A stretch of 64,000 bases of DNA from Eledone cirrhosa (taxonomy: Eukaryota): the NCBI GenBank assembly GCA_964016885.1, contig OZ024753.1, positions 28,830,001 to 28,894,000 of the forward strand, in the 5' to 3' direction. The notes beneath the pieces were generated by a model. That model saw nothing but the letters and a program-made list of their open reading frames with translations, searched no databases and was not told where the DNA came from. A program made the position numbers and the translations under genes. Below, piece by piece: positions 62,160 to 64,000 of the stretch; position 1 is the stretch's first letter, and every line of letters begins with the position of its first letter.

Positions 62160-62490
62160 CCAGGTGGTGTAATGCCAGTCATTAGAACGTTGCATAGAAT
62201 GCTTTATGGTATTCGTTCCACCTCTCTACTCTCTGAGTTCAAATCCTGCCAAGCTCAACATTGCCCTTCATCCTTTCGAGCTCGATAAAGAAAAGTACCA
62301 GTCTAGTACTGGGGTCGATTCTTCCTCTATATCTCTTTCTCATTTCCTCTCTCTCACTTTCTATCTTTCTCTGGAAGAAATTTGCTGCACTCAGGCTTGG
62401 AGAGATGGGCTCTGCCAGGCTTAAAATACCCAAGAAACCCGTATATCAATACGATGCCCCTACGACGCTATTAGGAGTTATGGGACCATA
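62160..62490 (+). mobile_element. Family B SINE plus ~180-bp 3' extension; unexpanded paralogue of 34265-39770
   Basis: TTAGAACGTTGCATAGAATGCTTTATGGTATT...GGGGTCGATTCTTCCTCTATATCTCTTTCTCA...GGAGTTATGGG shared with 39450-39765. Confidence 0.85.
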
Positions 62491-63799
62491 CATGCCTCTT
62501 TCATAGACACTTATACACTTACTCAATTTGAAATTCAAGGCATTCCATTCTACGATTATCCATACATTTTCTCTCTGCATAATTTTTCTCACAACCCAAG
62601 TTTATAGTAGGTTCTTGTCCTAGGCTTACCATGTGATAAAAACTGGAGTACTACATTATACCTTATTCCTTCTCACTGGGTTGTCCCATCCCAACTTGCC
62701 TCAAATTGGCAACCCATGCTAGCGTGAGATGTGGACAGTAAGCGATGATGATGATGACAATGATGATCTCATTCCTTCTCACCATAATATATTTATGGTT
62801 GTTGCCTAGTTGCCTAAATCAGAAATAACATAGTCTAACACTCTTGACTTTAGCCATTGCAGTTAAATAGTGATTGCTGAAGAGAGAGTGAGGGGCTGAG
62901 AGAGAGAGTGTGTATGTGAGGGGTTGAGAGAGAGAGTGTGTATGTGAGGGGTTGAGAGAGAGAGTGTGTGTGTGTGAGGAGTTGAGAGAGAGAGAGTGTG
63001 TGTGTGTGTGAGGGGCTGAGAGAGAGAGTGTGTGTGTGGGGTGGGTGGGGTGAGGGAGAGAAATAGAGAGTCTGAAGGTGTGTTTATTGCAGATGTTCAA
63101 TACATCACTGAACTTCAATGTCTTGCTGCTGAAATAATTGAAAATAATTTTGGTCACTGTCACCATCAGCAGCATCACCATCACCAGCATCATCAACATC
63201 ATCATAAACAGTTGCTGCATAATCCTCATTTAAATCTCTGAGTGGAGTAATTCAGCCATATAATTCCTCCCTCCCCCACACATACACCATACACACACAC
63301 ATACCACACACACACACCACACATACACCACATACATACCACACATACCACACACACACCACACACACACACACACACACATGCATATACCATACACGCA
63401 CAATATTGCAATTTGGTTGAGCTATTTATATCTTATATCTACCTTGCTCAGAATAACTCTTTCTACAATAAGGAAATTGGTTATTTTTATGTAGGAAATC
63501 TTCATCAATGTAAATGTACATTTTGGATATTGCAACAAAATTTTGTGCAAGTACATTTTTACCGTATAAATATTCATAGACTCTTTTCCGGTTCTAAAAC
63601 TAGTTGATGTCTATGTAGACAGTGTTGTAAGTGAAGAAATAAGCTTTTCAGAATCCAATTTTGTAAACAACCTAATTTTAATTATTAGTCACAGCGAAGT
63701 CATTTTACTCAGGTCTTACAAAAATCAAACTAAATCAAATCAGGGACTACAAATGGCCGAGCCAATAGATTACTAAACAACCAGTTAAATCTAATGCCT

Positions 63800-63801
63800 T
63801 G

Positions 63802-63838
<37 letters not shown>

Positions 63839-64000
63839 TGTTTAATATCCATTTTCCATGCTAGCATGGGTAGGATGGGCTGTCTCTATATGAGAGATCA
63901 GCTGTGATTTCTGATTCGCTCAAGCAGAACTGGTTTTGGCTTGGTTTCTATGGCTGGATGGTAGGGTGTAACTTTGGGGGAGATTTGGCTGCTATTTCTG
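63800..64000 (-). mobile_element. SINE 3' tail with (CAT)n, followed by a fragment of the AGCAGCCAAATCTCC family
   Basis: CATCATTGTTTAATATCCATTTTCCATGCTAGCATGGG...GGCTGGATG; GGAGATTTGGCTGCTATTTC. Confidence 0.75.

Overview
AT-rich, repeat-saturated eukaryotic DNA with no recognisable intact host gene. The mix of tRNA-derived SINEs, RTE, R4/Dong, Penelope elements and very long (TA)n/(TATG)n tracts suggests a coleoid cephalopod, probably an octopus (inference). Transposon-derived coding sequence: a DD37D Tc1/mariner remnant (~2.8-3.45 kb), a decayed Penelope RT + GIY-YIG element (~11.8-14.6 kb), two tandem R4/Dong RLE-type LINEs in (TACA)n (~15.3-18.7 kb), and a near-intact RTE LINE ending in three C2H2 fingers (~20.0-24.3 kb). 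Non-coding elements include a non-autonomous Helitron, piggyBac- and Tc1-type MITEs, many SINEs and large minisatellites. Most interesting signals: (1) several type-I hammerhead ribozyme motifs, including copies with the U3-A8 compensated core and fold-back palindromes hinged on hammerhead stem II; (2) a ~600-bp bipartite non-autonomous RTE derivative, in two copies, that keeps the RTE 5' UTR motif, the last zinc finger and the 3' stem-loop; (3) a 179 x 29-bp array grown from a SINE A-box, whose variant pattern shows a 65-unit (1885-bp) higher-order duplication. Many long ORFs in the track are repeat artefacts. Boundaries of decayed repeats are approximate and were read by eye.
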